64,000 nucleotides of DNA, taken from positions 2,016,001 to 2,080,000 of the forward strand of contig CBDCCK010000002.1 of the NCBI GenBank assembly GCA_965214835.1. Reading direction: 5' to 3'. The stretch's first letter is position 1; every line of letters begins with the position of its first letter. The stretch is from Nitrosopumilaceae archaeon. Its GTDB lineage: Archaea > Thermoproteota > Nitrososphaeria > Nitrososphaerales > Nitrosopumilaceae. Shown one piece after another: positions 49,060 to 60,045 of this stretch. The translations under genes were made by a program, and so were the position numbers. The notes under the pieces were generated by a model, which saw only the letters and a list, made by a program, of their open reading frames with translations, was not told the DNA's origin and searched no databases.

Positions 49060-50037
49060 TTGGAAAGAAGAGTCCTGATGACCAAAAACGGCATCGTCTG
49101 CAAGATAAACAATGACGCTATTTCTCTGGATCCAAAGACTGCGGGCCCCGGGCTAAACTTTGTCTCTCATGCGCACTCTGATCACCTTCCAAGCAGGAGC
49201 GGGGGAACCATCCTGGCATCAAGCGAGACTGGCGCCATTGCCAACCTGCGCGGGCTTGAAATAAAGAACCACGTAACTGATCTTGACAACGTCTCCCTGC
49301 ATGATGCAGGCCACATCCTCGGCGCAAAGGGACTGCTGTATGAGGGGATATTCTACACCGGGGATATATGCACGAGGCGTCGGGGGTTTCTCCCTGGCGC
49401 CCGGGTGCCAAAATGCAAGACGCTGATCACCGAGTGCACGTTCGGACTGCCCGAGTTTGTCTTTCCCCCAGTTGCCCAAATCAAAAGACAGGTCAATGAG
49501 ATCATCTCGGACCTGTACTCCAAGGGCATACCTGTAATCCTGATGGGGTACCAGCTGGGCAAGGCCCAGACCATAACCCAGCTCTTCCAGCACTGGAACC
49601 CCCTCTACCTGCACGATTCTGTCAAGGCCATGAACGACCTGCACCGCAGCCTTGGAGTAGACCTGAGGGAGACGATGGGGCATTCGGAGGCCGAAAGGCA
49701 GGGGCTGCTGGACAAAAAGCCCTGGGTTATGGTGGCCCCGATGATGTCAGAGCGCAGCTCGTTTGTAAGGCACATGAGGTCAAGGTATGGCGCGCTGACG
49801 GTGGGCTTTAGCGGATGGGCAAAGTCCGCCCGGTTTCCCTTTGGGCGGCGATGCGACTATTCCATCCCGCTCAGTGATCACTGCGACTTTCCCGAGCTAG
49901 TCGAGATGGTAATAAGGTCAGAGGCCGAGAAGGTTTATACCACTCATGGGTTTGCAGACGAGTTTGCAGCCCACCTGCGGCAGCACGGGATAGACGCCCA
50001 GCCGTTGCGCGGGGACACGCTGGACAACTTTGCCTAA
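49060..50037 (+). CDS. Metallo-beta-lactamase / beta-CASP nuclease
   Basis: SHAHSDH, AGHILG, YTGD, ECTFG, LSDHCDF, THG. Confidence 0.9.
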   Translation: MERRVLMTKNGIVCKINNDAISLDPKTAGPGLNFVSHAHSDHLPSRSGGTILASSETGAIANLRGLEIKNHVTDLDNVSLHDAGHILGAKGLLYEGIFYTGDICTRRRGFLPGARVPKCKTLITECTFGLPEFVFPPVAQIKRQVNEIISDLYSKGIPVILMGYQLGKAQTITQLFQHWNPLYLHDSVKAMNDLHRSLGVDLRETMGHSEAERQGLLDKKPWVMVAPMMSERSSFVRHMRSRYGALTVGFSGWAKSARFPFGRRCDYSIPLSDHCDFPELVEMVIRSEAEKVYTTHGFADEFAAHLRQHGIDAQPLRGDTLDNFA

Positions 50038-50273
50038 ATCTTGACAAAGCTCCTGCAGTCGCAGTCCAGCATCAGGCAGGTCTCGTTGTTTCTTATGTGA
50101 TCCTCGTATGGGTGCCCGCAGTCTGGGTTCTTGCACATCCTTCTGGTAACCTCCCTTTGAATCACCGACTGGGCAATCCGGTTTGCCTTTTCCCTGGAAT
50201 ACCCCTTTTTGTCTACGTAATAGTGGATTATCTTGCTGTACAGCTTGTCTGCCTTAAACTCGCTCTCAATCAT
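50034..50273 (-). CDS. Small Cys/His-motif hypothetical protein
   Basis: CKNPDCGH..H...C..CDC. Confidence 0.7.
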   Translation of the reverse strand: MIESEFKADKLYSKIIHYYVDKKGYSREKANRIAQSVIQREVTRRMCKNPDCGHPYEDHIRNNETCLMLDCDCRSFVKI

Positions 50274-50521
50274 TATTTTCCACCCTGTGAGGGGATCCAG
50301 TGAAGGGTTATCGTGGACCTGATTTTTGAGATCCTTCTAATTTTTGTCGTGATTATCTCGTCTATTCCCTCCTTGTCCTCTGAGACGATCTTGCAAAAAA
50401 TATCATAGATTCCGTAGGTGCCTCTTGCCTCTGCAACCTCTGGAATCTCTGCGATATGCCTGATGATGTCTATCTCGGATCCTAGGTCGCACTGAATCAA
50501 AACGTATACGGTCTCGGCCAT
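50273..50521 (-). CDS. Lrp/AsnC ligand-binding domain protein
   Basis: VYVLIQCDLG, GTYGIYDIFCKI, IRSTITL. Confidence 0.88.
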   Translation of the reverse strand: MAETVYVLIQCDLGSEIDIIRHIAEIPEVAEARGTYGIYDIFCKIVSEDKEGIDEIITTKIRRISKIRSTITLHWIPSQGGK

Positions 50522-50847
50522 CAGGAGACACTGCCCCTTCTTGAATCCCTGTCCCTTTGGCAGTGGCACCCAGAGTCGCCGCACCCCTCCGTGTACCTTT
50601 TTCTGATCATATGTCAGGTTAGGGCCCAACGTATATGAAGTAGGATCTAGTCCCAGCTTGTGGTTGTTTGAATAATGAGCTAAAATCTAAATATTCATTG
50701 ATAAATCCTGGCCGAGTACCAGATGGCTGCGCGGCTGCAGCCGGGCACCCGTGGGCCCCGAACCTTCAGTACAGGCGGCACTGCAGCAGCTGCAAAAATG
50801 AATGTGGTGCGGGCGTCAGGCAAAGGCCGACCAAAGTCCCGGACCTG

Positions 50848-52150
50848 CTAGCACAGCATTATTCCTATGTCCAGGAGGTTTGTCTGGGTCGGGCCCGTTT
50901 CAATCAGGCCCCCGTACCTTGCAAAGTATGCGTTTGAGTTGTTGGTCTTGATGTATTTTTTGATCTCCACCTTGTCGATTTTGGATGTGCGTGTCATTGC
51001 ACCTGCAAACTTTGTGTTGCCGTCTATTCCGTCCGTTCCAATCGAGCCGACAACCAGATCGTGCCTTGTCTTGCCTGCTATGTGCAGGACAATCTCCTGA
51101 TTCCTTCCCCCTGAGCCGTTTCCCCTTACGAGGACCGTAGTCTCCCCCCCGAAAACCACGCATGAGCCCGGCCTTGTTGGGGCGGCCCTGGCAAGCGCTG
51201 CTGCCTGCTCCTCTATCTTGCCAAATACCGTAGCTGCCTGCGCCCTGTATCCGAGCCCCTCTGCCTTTTTTTTCATCGCAGCCAGGCAGTTCTTGTTGGA
51301 GGCCACTACAAAGTTCTTGATGGCCGGTCTTTTTGGGGTCTCGGGGATCCTCTTTTTTACGCCCGATTCTATGTGTGCAATCACGCCCCTTGGAACCTTT
51401 TTGTCCAGCCTGTACTTTTTGATTACCTTTAGCGCCTGCAGAAACGTCGTATTGTCGCAATAGGTCATCCCTGACGCAATGGCTGACATGTCGTTTGCCT
51501 TGACATCTGACATCAGCAGCGCGATTGCGTCGCATGGAAGGCCCGCCGTAATCTGTCCACCCTTGATCTTTGAGAGGTGCTTTCGCACGCAGTTTATCTC
51601 GGCGATGTTGGCGCCGGATCTTAGCAGCAGCTCGTTTGTCCTGATTTTGTCCTCCAGTGAGACCCCGTCTGGCAGTGCAACAAGTGCAGAGCTGCCGCCT
51701 GATACCAAAAACACGATCAGGTCAGTCCTCTGGCATTTTTTGATATACGCCAAAATAGCCTTGGCGGCCCTTACGCTTGCCTTGCTTGGGCTGGGGTGGG
51801 TCGACGCGACAATCCTGAACTTTGAGCGCCCCGGAATCCTGACACCCCGGGGAACTACAACCATGCCGTCTTTTGCCTTTATTTTTGAGTCAAATGCTGC
51901 AGCCATCGAGAGGGCAGCCTTGCCAAACGCTACAATCCTGACTGCCGAGTATTTTGAGGTCCTCGTCACGCTTTTTCCTATGACGATTGACCGCCCCCTT
52001 AGAATCTTTGAGAATATCACCGATGGCATCGCCGCGGCAATTCCCGCCTCTAAGATCCGGACTGCGTCGTCCTCTTTTTTTAGATCCGGCTCGGTGACAT
52101 CGCTCAAGTATGTCTTTGGTGGTTTCTGTAAGGTATAATAGTAATCAATC
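50848..52150 (-). CDS. Glycerate kinase type 2 (DUF4147/MOFRL); start uncertain
   Basis: FGKAA, HPSP, SGGSSAL, RKHLSKIKGG, GGETTV, GGRNQE, TDGIDG, TGPTQTN. Confidence 0.92.
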
Positions 52151-52163
52151 ATGGCCATTATCC

Positions 52164-53108
52164 ATGCATACGGTACGCATTCCAAAGGTTATCAACTTTG
52201 GAGAGGACGCACTCGGACAGACCGAGTATCCCAGAAACGCCCTGGTCGTCACGACGGTTCCTCCGGAGCTGTCAGACAAGTGGCTTGCAAAGATGGGTAT
52301 CCAGGACTATATGCTGTATGATCAGGTCAAGCCGGAGCCGTCAATCGACGATGTAAATGCCGTGATCTCACAGTTTAAGGACAGGAACCCCTCGGTTCTG
52401 ATTGGGCTGGGAGGGGGCAGCTCCATGGACGTGGTAAAGTACGCCGCACCCGAGATGGGCAAAGAAAAGATCCTCATCCCGACAACGTTTGGAACGGGTG
52501 CTGAAATGACGACCTACTGCGTCCTAAAGTTCGATGGCAAAAAGAAGTTGCTGCGCGAGGACAGGTTTCTGGCAGACATGGCAGTAGTCGACTCTTACTT
52601 TATGGATGGAACCCCCGAGCAGGTCATCAAAAACTCTGTCTGTGATGCATGCGCCCAGGCAACCGAGGGCTATGACAGCAAGCTGGGTAACGACCTGACA
52701 AAGACCCTCTGCAGGCAGGCCTTTGACATACTCCATGATGCAATCATCAATGACAAGCCAGAGAACTATCCTTACGGCTCGATGCTGTCTGGCATGGGGT
52801 TTGGCAACTGCTCTACAACGCTGGGGCATGCGCTATCCTACGTGTTCTCAAACGAGGGAGTCCCGCACGGGTACTCGCTGTCCTCATGCACTACAGCCGC
52901 ACACAAGCACAACAAGTCAATCTTCTATGACAGGTTCAAAGAGTGCATGGACAAGCTTGGCTTTGAGCGGCTTGATCTGAAGGCCGATGTCTCGGAGGCC
53001 GCAGATGTTGTCATGACCGACAGGGGACACCTAGATCCCAACCCGATTCCGATCTCCAAGGAGGACGTCGTAAGGTGTCTTGAGGATATCAAAGCAGGGA
53101 ACCTATAG
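52164..53108 (+). CDS. Fe-containing alcohol dehydrogenase, probably a semialdehyde reductase of the 3HP/4HB CO2-fixation cycle
   Basis: LGGGSSMDVVK, IPTTFGTGAE, GHALS, PHG; 314 aa. Substrate assignment is from recall of Nitrosopumilus enzymes and unverified. Confidence 0.85.
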   Translation: MHTVRIPKVINFGEDALGQTEYPRNALVVTTVPPELSDKWLAKMGIQDYMLYDQVKPEPSIDDVNAVISQFKDRNPSVLIGLGGGSSMDVVKYAAPEMGKEKILIPTTFGTGAEMTTYCVLKFDGKKKLLREDRFLADMAVVDSYFMDGTPEQVIKNSVCDACAQATEGYDSKLGNDLTKTLCRQAFDILHDAIINDKPENYPYGSMLSGMGFGNCSTTLGHALSYVFSNEGVPHGYSLSSCTTAAHKHNKSIFYDRFKECMDKLGFERLDLKADVSEAADVVMTDRGHLDPNPIPISKEDVVRCLEDIKAGNL

Positions 53109-53171
53109 TCTTTTCCACCTTTTTTGTTTTTTACGAAATTCTTGGCATGGGGCCCACACCCCAAATTGGAT

Positions 53172-53251
53172 CAGATCTTATGCGTAGTCGGTACAGATCA
53201 AAAAAATCATGCAGCTCTTACGTCGTTTTTGGCAAGTACGCATAAGATCCA
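53172..53251. mobile_element. MITE family C
   Basis: IR gatcttatgcgta / tacgcataagatc; homologous to 29376-29454. Confidence 0.78.
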
Positions 53252-53645
53252 AGGCCAATTTCTGATCACCACTCGATCTATGTGTACAAGCCACACCTGA
53301 TTCGTTGTTCTGCCTTGCATTTCGAGTTGTGGTACCGTGTCAGGTGATCTATATACACAGGCCACACAAGCTCGCACATGTGCGGACTAGACGTGTCGGC
53401 CAAGCCGGTCGAGGTGCTTGCGGCAGCCTAGGATTCGTGCCTGTTTCCAACCTTGACCCCATGTGCTCAACCCGGCTAGTTACCACTGTGATGTGGAGGT
53501 TCTGTGTAATCTTCGAGACCTGAAATATGGACTTCTCTGAAATTATCATGCCTGAATCCTTCTTTTCTCAACGATGTCTGTTCCCCGTATGTCAAAAAGT
53601 CCCCTAGGTGAGAACTTGAACTGTAGCAACGCATGAGGTCACGTC

Positions 53646-53724
53646 AGCAATAGGTTAGCCCACACCTAGTTAGTTTTTTATGACCTCCCCAATCTATAAA
53701 CTATCAACACCCCGGAAATACATG
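53646..53724 (+). other. Diverged IS66 left end including transposase promoter region and ATG
   Basis: gcaataggttagcccacacctagttagttttt..atctataaactatcaacaccccggaaatacATG aligns to the IS66 end at 19229-19153. Confidence 0.8.
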
Positions 53725-54222
53725 CTGATTGTTTTTGTGATTCTGGGCGCAATCATGGCGATCCTTGTGGTCTACATCCACACCTACGATTACTTTGCAT
53801 ACGTGCTTCCAATTGAAAAATTCGTAGAGTTCGAGCACAGGGTGAATGTTGAGAGGAGTAGGGGCCAGTTTGAGTCGGCAAACCTGATCTACAGGGACTT
53901 TTCTAGGATCTCTGATGATACGATCATGGTGGTCTTTGACGGGATGGTAAAGCGTTCGCTGGGAGACATACCTGAGTTTCACCACGAGGAGGACTATACG
54001 GTAGGACAGACGATACTGGTCAGCTGTGATCCTGCAGACGACGGGGGAACCTATCTTGACTACTATAGGCTTGTCGGCATAACGCAGCAAAACGACACCG
54101 ACTATTTTGACCTGGTCTGGGGTTCGGGATACATTCCGGACCGAATCGCGTGTAGGTATCCGGATGTCATACCGTTTACAAAGGACCTGAATTCCCTCGA
54201 AACCATTCCGCCTCCGACGTAG
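53722..54222 (+). CDS. Membrane-anchored extracellular hypothetical protein
   Basis: N-terminal TM MLIVFVILGAIMAILVVYI, one Cys pair. Confidence 0.7.
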   Translation: MLIVFVILGAIMAILVVYIHTYDYFAYVLPIEKFVEFEHRVNVERSRGQFESANLIYRDFSRISDDTIMVVFDGMVKRSLGDIPEFHHEEDYTVGQTILVSCDPADDGGTYLDYYRLVGITQQNDTDYFDLVWGSGYIPDRIACRYPDVIPFTKDLNSLETIPPPT

Positions 54223-54851
54223 TCAGCATGCCGAAGATCTGGCCAATCACAGTGATCTTGGTTGCACTGTTTGTGGCGATATCTTTTAGCCGGCAGTGGG
54301 GACGTGGTTTCAACTCTGGCTAGGGTCATTCTGTTACCAGACAAGACGTCAGAGACCGTCAGGTGAAAGAACGGGATACATTCCCCCATGCTGATAAGCA
54401 AAAGTTCTTGAGATATTTCATGATCAGATGCCCCTGCGGGCAGTAGATGGCTTTCAGGAACTTGTAGTTTCCAGCATGTCATGACTAGGTTCCCCTGACT
54501 GGCCTCGCATCATGCTACTGTCGTGAGCCTGCCCTTCATGGATACGACACAGGGGGCATGATCATGAAGACCCTGATCGGCAGTGCCGCCCAACGGGCAG
54601 GCTCTTGCCTGCTGTCTGCAGTACAGGCATCAGACTGCATGCTTCTGTACAGCAAGCCTGTGTCCCTCCCGGCGCATCGTATGCCATACGTGTATGACGA
54701 TTGGCACCATGCATGGCGCCAATGATCCTTTTCCTTTTGGCCTGAATCCGCGGATCATGTTGGCATTTCTTGCCAGACTTCTGGTTTTTCATGCACGGTT
54801 ATGCAGCAATCCGCCGACTTTTAAGAGGTCAGACAGCATGCATGGGATGAT

Positions 54852-56138
54852 ATGAAATCCTACGGGCGTGTTGATTCCTCATGGGACAGGGCAAGAGTCA
54901 GGAGCGTGCTTGAGGATGCCTTGTACATGGCCGTAAAGCACGACACATCAGTTTACGTAGGCGAGGATGTAGATGGAAACATAGTCGCCCTTTCCAATCA
55001 GGACGGCGGCCGCGGCCGCATCCACATACTTGCGTGTTGGATAGCAGAGGCTGCCGGCGACCCTCAAAATGGAAAGGCGAGGGCCGACATCTACTGGCTG
55101 TCAGAAGAGTATGAAGCACATGAGGGGAGACCATCGGACGGTCTTGATCACTTTAGAAGCGGCAGGTCAAAAAAGCACGAGGTGCATGAGAGGAGATCAG
55201 AGTCAGAGGATGCAGAAGAGGACTGGGTAAAAGTGGACAACCTGTTCATGTTCATGAGATGCTTCAAGGCGTCCGATTTCAGTGGAGGGATGACAGTCAA
55301 GAGTATGGTAAACATGCTGGGCATGTGGAGCGGCCCCATACAGGATGTGCAGATGACCCCCGAGCAGATAGTACAGCACTGGATAGACTCGGGCATAATA
55401 GTCAAGACCGGCCAGGAGAAGTCAAAGGAGTTCTGGGATCATGCAGCGTACCACCGTTACACAATTGACGAAGTGACCCCCAGAGTGCATGACTGCCTTG
55501 TAAATGGAATAGTCAGGTATGGGGGCCTGCAATTCCTTTCAGAGGGACAAAGTCAGCTGGCCAGGGTGTTCGAGGATGCCAGAAAAATGGTGGAAAGACA
55601 CGGCAGGCCCTTCATCATGGGCCTGAGCAAAAAACACGACATAATGATAGCGCCAGTGTCGGAGAAATCAGAATTTGTCGCCCCCCTATCGTGCGTGATC
55701 ACCAAGTCAGATATTTGGAGCGTCTCAGACATGCATTCTGATATAATTTGGGAAGGACGGGATGAAATGGTGATTAGGCCTACATATTTCTCAGGTGTCC
55801 GGCATAACCGTAGGGTGGCACTTGATATGCTGCATGGCGGCATTGCACAATGCGCAAAGTATTATGGCAGTGTTGAGGACGACCAGGACAGGTGCATATC
55901 AAATCTGGAAAGCGCGTTTGAGGATGCTGTAAACATGCCCAATAGCCCGTATGGTTCGTGCTGCGTGGTACTGAACGGGGACAGGATAACCATGCGATCC
56001 AAAAAAGAGATGACAGAGTGGGCCGGCTGCAGATTCTGGGAGGCAGATCCAAAGGAGTTCCTAGACGGCTGCAGGCTGCTGCGCGAGAGGATCTCGGCTG
56101 CCGCCAGGGACGCATACGAGGACATCAGGTATGGATAG
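54852..56138 (+). CDS. Hypothetical protein (428 aa)
   Basis: Long ORF overlapping the next start; no recognised motif. Confidence 0.7.
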   Translation: MKSYGRVDSSWDRARVRSVLEDALYMAVKHDTSVYVGEDVDGNIVALSNQDGGRGRIHILACWIAEAAGDPQNGKARADIYWLSEEYEAHEGRPSDGLDHFRSGRSKKHEVHERRSESEDAEEDWVKVDNLFMFMRCFKASDFSGGMTVKSMVNMLGMWSGPIQDVQMTPEQIVQHWIDSGIIVKTGQEKSKEFWDHAAYHRYTIDEVTPRVHDCLVNGIVRYGGLQFLSEGQSQLARVFEDARKMVERHGRPFIMGLSKKHDIMIAPVSEKSEFVAPLSCVITKSDIWSVSDMHSDIIWEGRDEMVIRPTYFSGVRHNRRVALDMLHGGIAQCAKYYGSVEDDQDRCISNLESAFEDAVNMPNSPYGSCCVVLNGDRITMRSKKEMTEWAGCRFWEADPKEFLDGCRLLRERISAAARDAYEDIRYG

Positions 56139-57048
56139 GATCGTCTCGTTTCTGCCCAGCGCGACGGAGCTGATCTATGCGTTAGGCGAGCAGGACAGGC
56201 TCCTAGGCGTGACCCACGAGTGCACGTACCCTGAGGGGGCGGCGGCCAAGCCCAGGATCATCAGCACCGTTGTAGACTCGGAGAGCCTCGACAGCCGGCA
56301 GATTGACGAGGCCACGCGCATGCTGGCAGTGGAGGGAAGGGACATCTTTGTGCTGAACCGTGAAATCATCAGAGACGCAAACCCCCAGCTGATCGTTGCG
56401 CAGAGCACCTGCGAGGTGTGCGCCGCGCACACAAGCCAGGTCCGCCAGGCAGCCGAGATGCTAGAGCAAGAGCCGGAGATATACTCGATGGATCCGCACA
56501 GTATGGGGGAGATCCTAGAGGGCGTGACGGAGCTTGCAAGAATCATGGGCGTGGAGGAAAAGGGAGTCCGGCTAAGGGCGGAGCTGGAGGGCAGGATCCA
56601 AAGAGTCAGGGGTGTGGACTTTGAGGCGAGACCGAGGGTGCTTGCAGTAGAGTGGGCAAGCCCGCTTTTTACCTCCGGACACTGGGTTCCCGAGATGACA
56701 GAGGCCGCAGGCGGGGAAAACCTGATCAGCAGGGCGGGGGAGCACTCTAGGAGGATATCGGTAGACGAGGCCATGGAGGCGGACCCCGAGGTCGTCATTG
56801 TCATGCCCTGCGGATTCGACGTAGGCAGGACAAAAACAGAGTATGAAAAATTCCTCAAAGGGGACGGGGGATGGAACCGCCTGCGCGCGGTAAGGGAGGA
56901 CAGGGTCTATGCGGTTGATGCAAACTCGTTTTTCAGCAAGCCCAGCATCAGGACGGTTGCAGGAATCGAGATCCTGGCAAGGATCCTGCATCCCGGGAAG
57001 CTGCCGGGGCCGCCTGCACCGGAGGGCTCCTTTGCCAGGCTGTCCTAG
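56131..57048 (+). CDS. Cobalamin/Fe-siderophore-binding protein (BtuF-like fold)
   Basis: RIVSFLPSATELIYALG, GVTHEC, GHWVPEM, FSKPSIR. Confidence 0.88.
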   Translation: MDRIVSFLPSATELIYALGEQDRLLGVTHECTYPEGAAAKPRIISTVVDSESLDSRQIDEATRMLAVEGRDIFVLNREIIRDANPQLIVAQSTCEVCAAHTSQVRQAAEMLEQEPEIYSMDPHSMGEILEGVTELARIMGVEEKGVRLRAELEGRIQRVRGVDFEARPRVLAVEWASPLFTSGHWVPEMTEAAGGENLISRAGEHSRRISVDEAMEADPEVVIVMPCGFDVGRTKTEYEKFLKGDGGWNRLRAVREDRVYAVDANSFFSKPSIRTVAGIEILARILHPGKLPGPPAPEGSFARLS

Positions 57049-57218
57049 GGCCTACCGCTCCTGGGACTCGTCCAGCTCGTCTGCCTCCAGGGTCTTTCGA
57101 TTCGGCCTTGTAGGTACATAGATGACTGTCAATGAATACCCCTTGGATGCATCGCACATAGGGGGATTGGTCTGGAAAAGTTGCCTTTTTGGTAAATATG
57201 GAACTGGTTTTTTGAAGG

Positions 57219-57691
57219 TCAGATCCTGCACTCGGATCTCAGGGATCTGGCGGTGGTCCAGTAGGCAATACACAGTACTCCAATGGATGTAAGGCGGATC
57301 GGAATCTCGTAGTTTGTTACAAACGACGATGCGGCAGCGCCGGCAGATCCAAAGGTCGAGATTACTGCGAATCCGACGGGGCCGCAGCCGCATGCGCCGG
57401 CAACCGCCCAATCGCTGTTCCAAAAACGCCGCCACCCATCCTTCGGGACGAGCCCCGGAGCATGCGGATCCTGTACACATTCATCGACATCACAAGCCCC
57501 GACAGCGCAGACAGGGCCATGATAAGGGAGAATCCAAGCTCGGTATCCCGGGGCAGGTGTGCCACCACGTACGGCTCTAAGAACACATACTCGGAGATTA
57601 CCAGCAGCGGGACGGCCAGGCCGGCAAAGATTATGCAGGCAATTGCGACATACGAGTAGTCGGAGAATACCAGCCTGAGTACGGATGCCAT
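57219..57691 (-). pseudogene. Membrane protein (CGC motif) with a one-base deletion in a G run near 57408
   Basis: Adding one G restores GTAIGAVAGACGCGPVGFAVIS...ECRI-stop. Confidence 0.7.
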
Positions 57692-58358
57692 TTAGACCAT
57701 CGAGTCGAGGACCTGCTTGAATACGGAGTAGGGCTGCGCGCCGACAATCTTTTGCTGCTGGCCGTCAGGGCTCACTATGAAAAACGTGGGGGGTGCGGTC
57801 TGCACCGGCCTTGCGCGCCTCGCCCACATTGAACTGGACGCGCTGGGAGTACTTGCCAGAGTCTAGGCAGCTCTCAAAGAGCCCCATGTTCAGCCCCAGG
57901 CCGAACGCAAAGGCCCTCAGGCGCTCGGATCCTGCCCAGCTGTCAATTTCCTCCTCCTGGGAGTTGTACAGTATGTTGTGATACTCCCAGTACATTCCCT
58001 GATCCTCGGCGCAGTAGCTTGCCTGTGCGGCCCTCGAGGAGTCACGGCCCAAAAACGCAAGGTCCACGAACACCAGGTTTGCCCTTCCGGTATCAATATA
58101 GTCCTGCTTGATTGCAGGGGCAGAGCCCAGAAACCATGCGTGGCATGCATGGCACTGGTAGTCGCCAAACTCGACTATGGTGATTGGGGCGTCAGGACTT
58201 CCCAGGATCGGGGATCCCATGGCAGTGGAGATGTCGCCATGCATCCTCTGCACGTCCAAGTTGGCATCCTCCGGGCCTGAAAATGACGTGTATGAGACGC
58301 CTATCCCGATGATCACGACGGCAACCACGGCGGCTGCGATCAGTCCGGTCTTTCCCAT
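57692..58358 (-). pseudogene. DsbA-like thioredoxin with a one-base insertion in a C run near 57790
   Basis: EFGDYQCHAC; removing one C restores RTPTFFI..GAQPYSVFKQVLDSMV-stop adjacent to the next ATG. Confidence 0.8.
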
Positions 58359-58924
58359 AACTGACAGGGTTTTCTAGCTTGTTGCATAACTCCGACTAGA
58401 ACCCAGCCAATTCTTCCGGATCACAACTGGCGCCAAGTTCCTACATGGCAGCCATCGCCTCTGCAATCCATTTGTTATACAGCCATATCCTCAACGTAAT
58501 AGGTTAGCCCCTGCCTAGAGTTAAAGTCACACCCACCGTCTTTTCAGGCATGAAAATCACAACTGCAGGCAGATTAGTGCAGGATTGCTAGGGGCAGACG
58601 ACCACGTACCCGGGGTTTCTGACCAGCGCGTCCCTGATCATGTCCGTAACGTTGCACCCCCGGAGGCGCCATGTCTCGATGCACGTCAACATGTTACCGA
58701 ACATCTTCTGTCCGTCTTTTGTCCGCAGTCCGAACCGTATCTTGCGCGCGATCACGCCGGGCCTCAGCGTGCGCTCTGCCAGGTTGTTGGTGGGATCCAT
58801 CCCAGGACGCGTCGTAAACGTGTAGAGAAACTCCGAGGCGTTGTCAATCTTTGTGGCACAGCTGTGATCTGGACCCCGTATTTTCGAACCACTTTTTGGG
58901 CGTTTTTGCGTAGCTCTGGCATCA

Positions 58925-59761
58925 TCATTTGCCTGCCTCCCTTTGGTGCCGTACGACGAACTCCATCGGAGTGAGATATCCAAGTGAGGAGTGTATTCTG
59001 TCATGGTTATAGTCCCTAAATGCCTCCCTTATGACGTCTGAGGCGTCCTGGAAGGAGTCAAATTCATGGGGCCACAGGTATTCCCTCTTGATGCTTCCGT
59101 GAAACGACTCTATGTGGCCGTTTTGTTCTGGCGTCCTGTATGCTATGAGCTCGTGTCTTATTCCCAGCTGTTTCAGGGACTCCCTGAACATGCGCGACGT
59201 ATACTGAGAACCGTTGTCTGTCCGCAGGGTCAGCATGCTGCAGTCCGGATCTGCTGCCGATACCGCATCGAGTACGGCCTGAACCGCATTCTCCTTTTGC
59301 GCCGTGGTATCAAAGGAGTATGCAAGCCACCTGCGCGAAAAGGCATCAAGTACGTTGAAACAGTAGCACCAGCCGTCCCCGCCGCAGTCCACGTATGTGA
59401 TGTCTGCCTGCCACAGCCGGTTGGGGGCATCTGGCCTTGTAAGCTTGCGCGAGGCCCGTATTATGTCGTTTTTGGTCTTTTTGGGCTCGATCCAGCCTAT
59501 CTGGCGGTAGATTCGCTGTATCTTTTTGCGGTTTACGCGCACGCCAGTCTCGCGCAATATCTGGTTTGCCATCCTCCGGGTTCCGTACGTCGGCCTTTTC
59601 TTGCCTATGGTACGTATGATTGAGACCGTCCCGGGGTCGGCTTTTCTGGCTCGTCTGTCGGCGTCCTTCCTGGCGTAATACCAGGTGCCCTTTGAGACGC
59701 CGCAGTATTCCAGGGCTGTATTGAGGCTCATCTTCTGGTGGCAGATCTGTACGGCATTCAT
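58925..59761 (-). CDS. IS3 OrfB (rve integrase core)
   Basis: WQADITY, LDAFSR, TDNGSQY, NGHIESFHGSIKRE, RIHSSLGYLTP. Confidence 0.94.
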   Translation of the reverse strand: MNAVQICHQKMSLNTALEYCGVSKGTWYYARKDADRRARKADPGTVSIIRTIGKKRPTYGTRRMANQILRETGVRVNRKKIQRIYRQIGWIEPKKTKNDIIRASRKLTRPDAPNRLWQADITYVDCGGDGWCYCFNVLDAFSRRWLAYSFDTTAQKENAVQAVLDAVSAADPDCSMLTLRTDNGSQYTSRMFRESLKQLGIRHELIAYRTPEQNGHIESFHGSIKREYLWPHEFDSFQDASDVIREAFRDYNHDRIHSSLGYLTPMEFVVRHQREAGK

Positions 59762-60045
59762 CCTTTGCTCAGCTCCATTGTTTTTTTTAAAGCGTCACAG
59801 GCCACTGCATACTCGCCTATGATGCGTTTGAGATTCTGGTTCTCCTTTTGCAGGGCAGCCGCTGCCTTGTCATTCCGGCCCAGGATGGATGCCTTGCCGC
59901 CCTCGACGAACCTGTCCATCCACCTGCCAAACGTGGTGGGCGCGATGTTGTGCTTGCGGCACAGCTCGGCAGTGCTGATGCTGGTCTTGATGGACTCCAT
60001 CACTATGTCTGTTTTTTCGGCCAATGTGAACTTTTGTTTTTTCAT
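59758..60045 (-). CDS. IS3 OrfA (HTH)
   Basis: FTLAEKTDIV..LCRKHNIAPTTFGRW..ENQNLKR; A8 slippery run. Confidence 0.92.
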   Translation of the reverse strand: MKKQKFTLAEKTDIVMESIKTSISTAELCRKHNIAPTTFGRWMDRFVEGGKASILGRNDKAAAALQKENQNLKRIIGEYAVACDALKKTMELSKG

